This document shows positions 50,619-63,300 of a DNA stretch of 64,000 nt, one piece after another. This DNA is from Halarcobacter sp. (GTDB lineage Bacteria; Campylobacterota; Campylobacteria; Campylobacterales; Arcobacteraceae), in the NCBI GenBank assembly GCA_963676565.1, contig OY781089.1, forward strand, positions 768,001 to 832,000. The letters run 5' to 3'. How positions within the stretch are numbered: the first letter of the stretch is position 1; every line of letters begins with the position of its first letter. The position numbers and the translations under genes were made by a program. The notes under the pieces were generated by a model. The model was not told the DNA's origin, searched no databases, and was given only the letters and a program-made list of their open reading frames with translations.

Positions 50619-51344
50619 ATGTTAAAAATATTTTTATCATTGACATTTTTGTCATTAAGTATTTTTGCTAATGAAACGCCACAAGCTAGAGCAGTAATAG
50701 AATCTACTGATAGAACTGTACTTTCAAGTGAAATTGGAGGGAAGATTTTATATTTAGAAAAAAATACTGGTGATAGTTTTAAAAAAGGTGAAACATTAGT
50801 AAATATAGAGTGTGATGTATATAAAGCTGAGAGAGATAAAATCGGTGTAAAAGTAGCACTTGCTAGAACTAAATTGAAAAAGAATAAACAGTTAAGTCAG
50901 TATAACTCAGTAGGAAAATTTGATGTCGAAAACTCAGAATTAGAATTAAGAGAACAACAATTATCTTATAAAATTGCATCAATAAATGTAAAAAGATGCA
51001 ATGTTAAGGCTCCTTTTACAGGGAAAATTGTCACTAGGCTTGCAAATAAATATCAAACTATAAAACCTCAAGAAGAACTATTTGAAATAATTAATAGTGA
51101 TTCTTTAGAAATTAAAACAGTTGTTCCTGCAACTTGGCTAAAGTGGCTTGCAGTAGGTCAAAAAATTGTCTTAAAAGTTGATGAAATAGGAAAAGAGATT
51201 AAAAGTGAAATACTACAAATTGATTCTGTAGTAGATCCAAAAAGTCAGACAGTTACATTAAGAGCAAAAGTAACTGATTCAAAAGATATTATAGCTGGAA
51301 TGAGTGGAACTGTATTTTTCATTCCATCTTCACAGAATAAATAG
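50619..51344 (+). CDS. Periplasmic adaptor (membrane fusion / HlyD-like) protein
   Basis: LSSEIGG.I, GDSFKKG..L, APFTG.I, VDPKSQT, AGMSG. Confidence 0.9.
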   Translation: MLKIFLSLTFLSLSIFANETPQARAVIESTDRTVLSSEIGGKILYLEKNTGDSFKKGETLVNIECDVYKAERDKIGVKVALARTKLKKNKQLSQYNSVGKFDVENSELELREQQLSYKIASINVKRCNVKAPFTGKIVTRLANKYQTIKPQEELFEIINSDSLEIKTVVPATWLKWLAVGQKIVLKVDEIGKEIKSEILQIDSVVDPKSQTVTLRAKVTDSKDIIAGMSGTVFFIPSSQNK

Positions 51345-51353
51345 GGATAAAGT

Positions 51354-54300
51354 ATGGCAAAGAGAAGATCACAAAAAAGAAAACCACTAATTAGTGCATT
51401 AGAACCTAGAATCTTATTTGATGGAGCTGCTATTGCTACAGCAGTTGATGTATTAGATAATACAAGTTTTACAAATGATAATACAGATACTTCAATTGCA
51501 AATGATGCAACTCAAGATACAGTAGAAGTTCCAGCAACGCAAACTTTTGAAAGAGATAGAAAAGAAGTAGCGTTTGTAGATACTACAGTTGCTGATTATG
51601 AAACATTAGTTGAGGGAATTGATTCAAATATTGAAGTATTTGAAATAAGTTCAACAAATGAAATAGAAACAATTTTAAAAAATCTTGAAGATGTTGATGC
51701 TGTGCATATTTTATCACATGGTAATACGGGAGAGATTACTATTGGTGATGAGGTTATTAGTTCAGATACATTATCACAATTTGAAGATGTAATGAATTTA
51801 TTAAAAACGTCTTTAACTCAAAATGGTGATTTATTATTATATGGATGTAATGTAGCAAGTGATGGTGAAGGTCAAGAGTTTATTGATGAGATTGCATCTT
51901 TGACACAGGCAGATGTAGCAGCTTCTGATGATATTACTGGTTCAGCACAGCTTAATGGAGATTGGGATTTAGAGGTTGAGTCTGGAGAAATCGAAACTGA
52001 TGAGATTGTAATTGAGAATTATGATAATAAATTAGCATCTGTTTCAACATTTACTGTTGTTGATGGACCATCAAGCACACCATTAACTATTGCTGATTCT
52101 AGTAGTCTTAAAATAGGAATTATGGGAACTTATACATCCCCTTTAGCTACTTTTTATACAGATGAAGGTTTTGATGTTACATCATTTAGTACATCAACTG
52201 CACTAGATCAAATAACTTTAACTGATTATGATTTTTTTGTAATAGATTTACCAATTGATGAATTCACATCAGCAGAAGTAACTGCTGGAACAAACTTCTT
52301 AAATACGGGAGGAAGATTTCTTTTAATAGGTGAACATAGTGGATTTGCAGATCAAAATACTAGAATTTCAAATTTTGTTGCTAATTTAGGTGGTGCTTTA
52401 AGTATTACAAGCGCATCATTTGCAGGCTTGGCAGATGATACAGTTGGAAATTTGAACTTTACTGATTCAAACATAAATGCAGGTGTAGATCAAATGGATT
52501 ATAATGCAGCATCTTATGTTAATATTGACCCAGATATTTCTGAGGCAGTTGTTGTTGATGAGTCAAATAATATTTTAGTTGGTGATCAAGCAATTGGATT
52601 AGGTAGAATTACTTTAATGGCAGATGTAAACCCTTATGCATCAGAATTGAATGATGGTGATAATAAAATTTGGTTTAGAAATATTGCAATTGATTCTGCA
52701 ACAAATAGAGATATAGTAACAAATGGTGGTAACCCAAATGATGGCTTTGGTATTAATGCTGCTGCATCAATTGCTGAAGATACTGATAAAGCTGATTTTG
52801 TAGCAAGTGATTTTAGTGTAAGTGGTTCAACTGCAAATGCAATTCAAATCACAAGTGCTCCAACAAATGGTATACTTTTATATAGTGGAAGTGCACTAAT
52901 ATATACAAGTGGTATTGCAACTATTACATCTTTTGATGCAACACTTTTAACATATACTCCTGATGCAAATTACAATGGAACTGATTCCTTTTCTTGGGCG
53001 GGTTCAACTGATGGTGGGACAAACTACACTGCATCCTCTGCAACAGTTAGTATAACTATTGATCCTGTAAATGATAAACCAACTGCTTCAAATAATACAC
53101 TTACTGTTTATGAAGAACACCCTTATACTTTTAGTGCAAGTAATTTTGGATTTAGTGATATTGATGGAGATACTTTAAGTAGTGTTTTAATAGCAAATAC
53201 AAATATTAGTAATGGTACTTTAGAACTAACTGGTGGAGTAAATACTGGTGTAATTACTTCAACAGAAGTATCTGTATCAAAAGCTGATATTGATGCAGGA
53301 TATTTAGTATTTACTTCTAATACAGATTACCATGGAACAGGAGATTACTTTAGATTTAAAGTAAATGATGGAACGGAAAACTCTGGTTCATATTATAATA
53401 TGTTCTTAAATGTTACAAATACAAATGATGCCCCAAGTATTATAAATACAGATACAACTCCAACTTTTATTGAAGATAGTAATAAAACTACAATTACAAG
53501 TACTCCTGTAAATATTGTAAATACATCTGATTTTGTTTTAAGTGATTATGAAAATGATGGTATCTCTACAATTAAAATCCAAGTAGAGAATATTAGTGAT
53601 AGTGGTGAAGAGTATTTAAATATTGATGGAAGTAAGATTGATATTACTACTGCATCAAGTTCTACAACAGCTACAAATGGATATTCATATTCAGTGACAA
53701 TTAGTGGAACAACTGCAACTTTAACTTTAACAACAGCACCAAGTGTTCTTTTAGCTAATGCAACAGGATTTATAAAATCTGTAACATATCAAAATGATGC
53801 AGATGTTCCAACAACAAATCTTGATAGAGTAGTTTCTTTATCATTAGTTGATGATGGAGGAGTTGCAAACTCTGGAAATAATACATCAGCATTTGAAAAA
53901 GTTTCTGATATTACAATTTCTGCATCTGATGATAATCCTGAAGCTTACAATATGACTGCGCAAATTGGACCAAACTCTCAAAGAACATTTGCAGAGTTTG
54001 TCCCTCAATTTGATGATGTTGATGGTGTAAATATGGTAGGACATCCAAATTATGATTCAAATGGTGATCAACCTTATCAGATGGAAATTCTTTCATTACC
54101 TACTACAGGTACATTTGAAGTATATGATTATGCAAATGGAAGCGGAGTTGATGATAAAACAGACCCATCTAATTGGATAACTATTTCAGATATTTCAGCT
54201 ATGACTACAACTTCAACATATACTTTGGTTGATGGAAGATTTGTTATTTCAATGGCTGATTTAGATAACTATAGATATAACGCAGGAAATAACTCAAATA

Positions 54301-57300
54301 CTACTACAAGCATCTCTTGGAGAGTTATGACTTCTGGAGATACAAATGATTCAACAGGTTGGTCAAACAGCGCAAGTGGATTAATCACTATTATTGATAG
54401 TGCAAGTAATGCTGCTCCAAGTGTTGTTTCTTTTGTTGATACAGCTAATACAACTATTAGTGATGGTGGAACTTTTACAATTCCAGAAAATGGAACAGCA
54501 AATGATTTAACGAAGTTAACAATGGTATTTAGTGATGATTATACACCTGAAGATTATATTGATGTTGTAATTACTTCAAGTGATAATAGTATTATCGACC
54601 CGGCTAATATAGTTGAAAATAAATCAACAACAACTACTAGTGGAGATACTAGAACATTTAATATAGTTCCTGTATCAGATGCAACAGGAACTGTTACTCT
54701 TACATTTACTATGAGTGATGGTGATAAAACTACAACTTATGATGTTGATGTAGTTGTAAATGAAAACCCAGAAATCTATAACCCAGGAAGTGTATTAACA
54801 GTTCCTGATATTAACTCTTATGTTGAAATAGCCAATAGTGCTGAACTTCAGGTTCAAACTTATACATACTCTATTTGGGTAAAACCAGATACTATTTCAT
54901 CTCAATGGCAACCTTTAATTATGAAAGCTAGTGATTCAGGTTTAGTTGCAACAAGAAACTTCTCTATGTGGATTAGACCAGATAGTTTACAACTTCATAA
55001 TACATTTTTTAATACGCAAACAAATAGTCAAGTACACATTGATACAGATTCTTCTCATCAGCTAACGCAAAATGAGTGGAATCTTATCACAGCAACTTAT
55101 GATGGAGCGACTTTAAAAACATATATCAATGGTGATTTAGCAGCTTCAATTGCAACAACTGGAACGCCTATAAATGACAGTAGCTCTCTTTTCATTGGAG
55201 GATTACCAAATGGATATAGTACTCTTGGTGCATTTTCAGGGGATATTGCAGAAGTTAGTATTTATAATGATGCCTTAACTGATGTTGAAATTAAAGATAC
55301 AATGAAAACTCAATTGACAGGAAGTGAAGATAACCTTGTTTACTATACAAGATTTACAACTGATTCAAATGGAGATATTGTTGATTTAACTGCTACAAAT
55401 AACAGCGGAGTATTAAATGGAAATGCTGATGTTTCAAAACAAGTAGACCTTGATAAAAATACATCTTATAGTACTTTTACTTCAACTGATTTTAGTACAA
55501 ATTTCTTATATACTGATGCTGAAAATGATTCTTTTGCAGGTGTAAAAGTAGTAACTATTCCATCAAATGGAACATTAGAATTAAGTGGTGTTGCTGTTAG
55601 TGCAGCTGATGTTATTAGTTCAGCTGATATTGCAAACTTAGTTTATACTCCTGATGTAGATTTTTATGGAACAGATTCATTCTCTTATCAAGCACAAGAT
55701 GATGTTGGTGGTTTTTCAAATACAGCACTATTTGATTTAACAGTTAATTATGTTGATACAGACCCAAAAATTATGGGTACTACAACACTAAGTGTAGATG
55801 AAGATAGTGGAGCAACTACAATTAGCGGGTTTACAGTAACTGATTATTATGGATCAAATGGTTTAGGTGATCATACATTAACAGCTAAAGTTGTTGCTAC
55901 GAATGGAGTTTTAGCTATTGCAACTGCAGGTAGTACAACTGTTGTTGGAAATGGAACAAATACTGTAACAATTACTGGAACTGCTGCTCAAATTCAAAGT
56001 GCAGTAAATACTTTATCATATACTCCAGATGCTGAATATTCAGGAACTGATCCTTTAGATATCTCTATTAAAGATGATACAATTGGAGGAGATTGGAAGT
56101 CTTATTTTGCAAGCGAAACTGGTAAGTTTTATAATCCAAATAATGGACACTACTATGAGTATGTTTCGGTTTCTAGTGGAATTAGTTGGACTGATGCAAA
56201 AATCGCAGCAGAAAAAAGTACTTTATATGGATTACAAGGTTACTTAGCAAATGTTTCTACTCAAGCTGAAAATGATTATGTTAAATCATTATTAGGTGGC
56301 ACTGGTTGGTTTGGTGCAAATGACCTTGAAACTGAAGGAAGCTGGGTTTGGGCTGGTGGTCCTGAAGAGGGACTTGCAGTTCCATTAAATCCAGATGTTT
56401 CATGGGATCCATGGAATAGTGGAGAACCAAATGACCATGGAAGTGGTGAAGATGCAGGTCAGTATAGAGATGATGGTACTTGGAATGATTTGCCAACAAG
56501 TTATAAATTAAATGGTTATGTTGTTGAATATGGTGGATTTAAAAATGATACTGCTTTAGAAGCTGCTCAATTAATAGTAACTGTAAATGGTGTAAATGAC
56601 GCTCCAATAATCACTGCAACAGGTGTTGATGGAGGGGCAAATCCTGAGTATATTGAAAATGATGACCCAATTACTCTTTTAGACAATGTTGTAATAACTG
56701 ATGCAGATAATACAACACTAAAAAATGCAACTGTAAGTATTAGTAATAACTTTACTCCTGGAGATATATTATCATTTACAAATGATGGTTCAACAATGGG
56801 TAATATTGAAGGTTCTTATGATGCAACAACTGGAGAATTAACACTAGTATCACCTTCTTATGGGGATAGTTTTGTATTTGATGGAAATGATGATTATATA
56901 GATATTGGAACGATTGATAATCTTTCAGGTTCATTTTCTATGGAAGCATCAGTTAAAGTAAGTGATAACACTCAAAACTGGGCTAGAATCTTTGATTTAG
57001 GACAAGGAAGTGAAAACGATAATATATTCTTTGGTTTTGCAGGAAGTACTGGAAAAATTACAATTGCAATTTATGATGATCAAAATGGTAATTTCAATGG
57101 AATTGAAACAGTTAATACTTTAGATGAAAATGCATGGGTTCATGTAGCAGGTGTTAGTAATGGTGATGGAACTTTCTCTATTTATTTTGATGGTGTAGAG
57201 CAAGATGTAACTATTAAAAGTGGTTCAACAACATCTTTAGTTTCAAACTCTGTTAGTAGAGATTCAAGTTATATTGGAAAAAGTAACTGGTCAGCAGATG

Positions 57301-60300
57301 CTGATTTTGCTGGAGAAATTAAAGAAGCTAGAATATGGAATGATGTTAGAAGTGAAGCTGAAATTAAAGCTAATATGAACCAAGCTTTAGATTTAAATGA
57401 TTCATCAAATGATAATTTATTAGGATACTGGACTACAAGTACAAATGGAAACACAGTTTTAGACCTTTCTGGAAATTCAAATGATGGAACACTACAAGGT
57501 GATACTTCAATTTCATATAATGGAACAGGAACAGCTACGATACAAGAGTGGGAAAATGCTTTAAAATCTATTGAATTCTCATCAACAAGTTTCAATCCTG
57601 GAACTCAAAAAGATATTTCTTGGAGTGTTGATGATGGTCAAACAGTTGATAATGTAAGTAATGTTGAAACAACAACAATTGATATCAAAGAGCTTTATTC
57701 TGAACAAGAAACAAACTATTTAGCTATTGATAGTACTATCGATTTAAGTTCATTTAGTGGTAATTACGCTGGGGAATATATTGATTTTAAAATTAGTGAT
57801 GAAACTTCAACTGAGAGTTTAGGATTCTTAACTTCTTCAACACCTAGTACAGTAAATGGTGATGTAACAATTGTAGGAAATAGTGTTTATTTAGGGAATG
57901 GGTCTAGTGCAAATGTTATTGGTCAAGTTGATAATACTTTAAATGGTCAAAATGGAAACAATCTAAGAATCAATTTTGCAGTGGATTTTGTAAATGGAGA
58001 TTTTAACTCTACTACAACTTCAAGTGGATTATTAAGTTCAACAAAAGGTCAAACAATCACAATTGATGGATGGAATATCTATAATGGTAGAGTTGATTTT
58101 GGTAGTGATACAATTGCTGGACTTGCTATTCCTGAAGATAATGTATGGCCAAGTACAACACAAGGAACAGATGTAGGTAGAGATAGTAATACTATCACTG
58201 AAGATAAAGGTTGGCAAACATACTTAAATGAAGATGCAAATGGTGATACATCTATAAAAATGTACTCAAAAATGGTTACTCAAGATGGATATACAATTAT
58301 CAGAGGACCATATATCTATTCTGATACATCAGTAAGTTTACAAGCAGGTGATTCTGTTCAGTTTGATTGGAAAGCTGAGGGTGGAGATGATGCTTATGAT
58401 GTATTTGGATATATTGTAAATGTAAATGATGACACTGATTATCAAATCATTTTAAATGAAACAGGTGCAAGGGCTAGTTCTAGTACATCTTGGGCAACCG
58501 AAAATGTAACTGTTGATAGTGCAGGTGAATACAAATTTGTATTTGTATCTGGTTCTTGGGATGCAACAGGTGGAACATGGTTAGGTGCACAATTATATAT
58601 TGATGATGTAAAAGTTACTCAACAAGCTCCAAGTTCAGGGCTTGATTATACAGTATTAGAATCAATTGCACAAAAAGTAACTTATACAGATAGTTCAGAT
58701 TTAACTTATGAAAATGCATTAGGAAATAGAACTATAGAAATTACGGCACCAAAAGTTGCAACTTCTTTTGATACAGATAAACCAGTTGCTTCATTTAGTA
58801 GTGATAGTGGAGTTGTTACAATTACATTTGATGAGGCATTAAATGCTGGGGATGAGTTAAGTGAATCAGATATATCAGTTGCAAATGGAACTCTAAGTAA
58901 CTTCACAAAAGTTTCAAATACGCAGTATACAGTTGAAGTAACAAAAGATAGTGGTTATACAGGAGATTTAACTTTAGTATTAGCTGCAAACAGTGTTACA
59001 GATACAGATAGTTCTCCTTTACAAAATGTTCAACAAACTTTTGTAATCAAAGACAATATTGATTTAACTAGTGATGCAAACTGGGTAAAACTTCTTTATG
59101 GTAACCAGTATGACTACTTTGATGATGTTCAAGCAAATAGAACAGGAACAGATTTAGTTGGTGATGATGACCATGTATTACTTTCAACTCAATATAATTC
59201 TTCAACTGATGAGTTAGCATTTAGATTTAGACAAGAATCATCAAGTGATGCTGGTGGAATATTCTATTTATTAGGTGTTGATGGAACTGGAAATGGTGCA
59301 TTAGATTTTTTTGTTGGTGTAGATATAGATAACAAAGGTGTTGCAACAGTTGATTTCTATGAAGCAGGAAATGGTGGAAATTATTCTCCTAGTACTACTT
59401 CTTTTTCAAAATACTCAACACCAACTACATACGAAGTAGATGTATCAGCTGCAAGTGATGGTGATGATATTGATGGTGATGGAAATGTAGATGGTATTAT
59501 TAGTTTTAAACTTGATGGTACATCATTTGTAAACTTTGCAAATGGTGCAGGTGGACTAACTGGGTACACGATTAATGACCAAGTTAACTTTATGTTATTA
59601 ACAGCTACTCAAACAAACTCTATAAATGGAGATATTGGTGGAGTTGATGGAAATAGTAGTAAAATTAGTTATGCAGATATGGGAGCATTTAAACCTATTG
59701 TATTTAGTGGTGATAGTTCAGGTGAGAATAAAGCTACATTTACATTTGATAAAATGGAAGTAAATGACCAAATCTCTTTAGATGCAGTTTCTTCAATCAA
59801 TTATGTTGATACTGATGGTGTTGATAACTTCACATCTCAAGGTGGAACAATAACTTCTAGTGATGTAGATGCTAATACTACACCTGTTTATAGTGTAGAT
59901 GGTGGAACAGTAAACGGTACAACATTTACAAAAGTTGGAGATTATGGAACTTTAACTTTAGATAGTAGTACAGGCGTTTACACTTATGAGCCAAATGATA
60001 GTGTAATTGATGCCTTATCTGAATCAACATCTGAAAGCTTTACTTTAAGAGTATCAGATGATAATCCAAATGGACTTTCAACAGTTGATACAAAAACATT
60101 AACTATAAATATCACTGCAGTAAATGATTCTCCACTTTTAGGTGGAAATTCAAACTCTGTAACATTTACTGAAAATGGTTCAAAAGTTTTAATTGATTCT
60201 ACAATTACAATTAGTGATCAAGAGGGTGAAAGCTATGATGGTGGATATTTATTTATTAAAAACCTTACAAATGGTGAAAATTCTGATCAGTTAGTTGTAA

Positions 60301-63300
60301 CTGAGATTGGTGGTATCACTTTAAGTGGAAGTGATATTTTATATGCTGGTACTGTTATTGGTACAATTGATTCAACATATAATGGTGTTGATGGAAAAGA
60401 TTTAAAAATCAATTTTAATACTGATGCTTATTCTGTTCAAGTTCAAGCTTTAGCTCAAGCAATTGCCTTTGATAATGCAACAGATGATATTAGCTCAGAT
60501 GCTAGAACATACCAAATTCAAGTAAATGATGGTGGAGAGCCAACTCCTAGATATAGTACAAAAGATATTACAGTAAATATTGATGCAATCAATGACTTAC
60601 CAGTAATTAGTTTAGATTCAAATGTTTATGAAGTGGAAAAAGTAATCTCTACAAATCCAGATGGAACTATGAATTTATCAGGAATATCTTTATCTGATGC
60701 AGACCATTCAACACTTACTGTTACATTTGAAACTTCGAATTATGGAACACTAACATTTAATGAAAGTGCAAGTGGAGGTATTACGACAGGTGATATTACA
60801 AACAATGGTACAAGTAGTGTAACTGTTACAAGTACAATTGCAAAAATAAATGCAACTTTAGCAAATGCTCAAGGTTTAACTTTTATAGCTGGAACAACAA
60901 ATGATATTATAACTCCTGGTGCAACTTCACTTCAAATCACAGCAGTAGATGCAGAAAGTGGTCAAGATGTTTCTACAAAACAAATCATAGTACTTCCTGC
61001 TGTACCAAATGCATATAGTGGTAATATTATTGAAAATGAAGATACTGAAGTTTCAGTAAACTTAGAAAGTTTAATTGATGATGTAAATGGAACAAACAGA
61101 GGTATTACTATTGGAACTGGAACTGCAGATGTTGATCTAAATTTAGATGGAGATACTCTTGATACAAATGAAGTAGCTGGAAGTATTACTCCATTAGATG
61201 TATCAAAAGAGATTTTAGATAACAATGGAAAATTGATTGGATATCAATTAACAAATGGAAGACTAGTAGTTACTGAGGCTACTTTAGAGGATGCAAACCC
61301 ATCATTTAACTTTATTTATACTCCTGATACTGCTGGATGGTCTGGAACTGAAAACTTTGTTTATCAATATAGTTCTGATGGTAAAACAAGTTTAATTGCT
61401 GAAATTAATATTGTAGTATTAGCTGTAAATGATGCACCAACAATCACTTTATCAAATGGAAATGCTGAAGCAATTGATGAAGATACAACTTTAGTATTTG
61501 AAGGTTCAAAAGCTATAACTTTAGCAGACCTTGATGATACAGGAAGTGAGACATTTGATTTAACATTAAGTGTGTCAAATGGTAAGTTAGACTTAACTCA
61601 AACTACTGGATTAACATTTATTCAAGGAAATGACGGAACTGGAAAAATCAAAGTTACTGGAACACTATCAGATTTACAAGCAGCTATTGATACTTTATCT
61701 TATACTCCAAATGCAGAGTATAATGGAAGTGATAATCTAGTAATTACATTTAATGATAAAGGAAATATTGGACAAGGTGATGTTTTAGAAGATACTCAAA
61801 CTATTGCTATTACTATAAATCCAATTAATGATGCACCAACTATTCAGTCTTATGTTGATATAAATATCACTGATGGAAGTGGTGCGAGTATTATTGATGA
61901 TACATATGTTAACTATTTAAAAGTTTCTGATGTTGATACTGCAAATTTAACATATAAAATTGATAATGATGGAAGCGAAGATGTTGATGTAAATGGTGAT
62001 GTTACTAATAACTCTAACTTAGTTGATTCAAAAGTTGGAACTTACGGAACTTTAGAGATTGACCCAACAACTGGAAAATATACATTTACACCTGATAAAA
62101 CTGCAATATCAGCTTTAAGCGATGATGCAGTTGAAAGTTTTGTACTAGATGTATTTGATGGAACAACTCACAAACAAGTTACTATAAATATCAATATTAC
62201 AGCTGATGCACAAACTGCTTCAACTTATACAGAACAAGACCCTGCAACTTTAGTTTTACAAGATACTACTATTGATACAAATGAGTCTTATGGTGGTGGA
62301 TTTATAGAGTTTGAAGTAAGCTCTCCTGAAGCTACTGAGATTATAAGTTTAGAAAAAGTTACAACTGCTGATACTACTGATGGAGTAATTAGTATTGTTG
62401 GTTCAACTATTTTCTTAGGTGATGGAACAACAGCTGCTGCGATTGGTCAAATTGATGGAACATATAATGGTGAAGATGGAGAGAAATTAAGAATTAACTT
62501 CTCTGTTGATTTTACAAATGGTGATTTTAATGCAACTACAACTTCAAATGGATTATTAAGTTCAACAAAAGGTCAAACAGTATCAATTGATGGATGGAAT
62601 ATCTATAATGGTAGAGTTGACTTTGGAAGTGATACAATTGCTGGACTTACAATTCCTGAAGATACAGTTTGGCCAAGTACAACTCAAGGAAGTGATGTAG
62701 GAAGAGATAGTAACACTATCACTCAAGATAAAGGTTGGATGACATATTTAAATCCAGATACTTCAACTGATAGTTCTATTAAAATGTATTCAAAAATGGT
62801 TACTCAAGATGGATATACAATCGTTAGAGGACCATATATTTATTCTGACTCATCTGTTAGTTTACAAGCAGGTGATAGTATATCGTTTGATTGGAAAGCT
62901 GAAGGTGGAGATGATGCATATGATGTATTTGGATACATTGTAAATGTAAATGATGATACAGATTATCAAGTGATTTTAAATGAAACAGGAGCAAATGCAA
63001 GTTCTGAAACTAACTGGGCAACTGTATCTCAAACTGTAGATTCAGCAGGTGAATATAAATTTGTGTTTGTATCTGGTTCTTGGGATGCAACAGGTGGAAC
63101 TTGGTTAGGTGCTCAATTATATATTGATGATGTAAAAGTTACTCAAGCAAATCCATCAAGTGGAATTGATTCAAGTGTATTAGAAAAAATAGCTCAAAAA
63201 GTTACTTATGAAAACATTGGTGATTTAACAGCTACTAATGATGTTCAAAATAAAACTATCACTATAACAACTTCTTCAGGAGATAATACTCCAGTTGTTC

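Noticed and set aside
53911..61225. Minus-strand ORFs in the apparently empty 51.4-64 kb part of the ORF track
   Set aside because: The region is one plus-strand ORF running off the window; these are its antisense shadows
57975..63214. Repeat pair as a diversity-generating retroelement TR/VR
   Set aside because: Both copies are in-frame coding domains of ~700 nt, differences look mostly synonymous and not adenine-specific, and no reverse transcriptase is in the window
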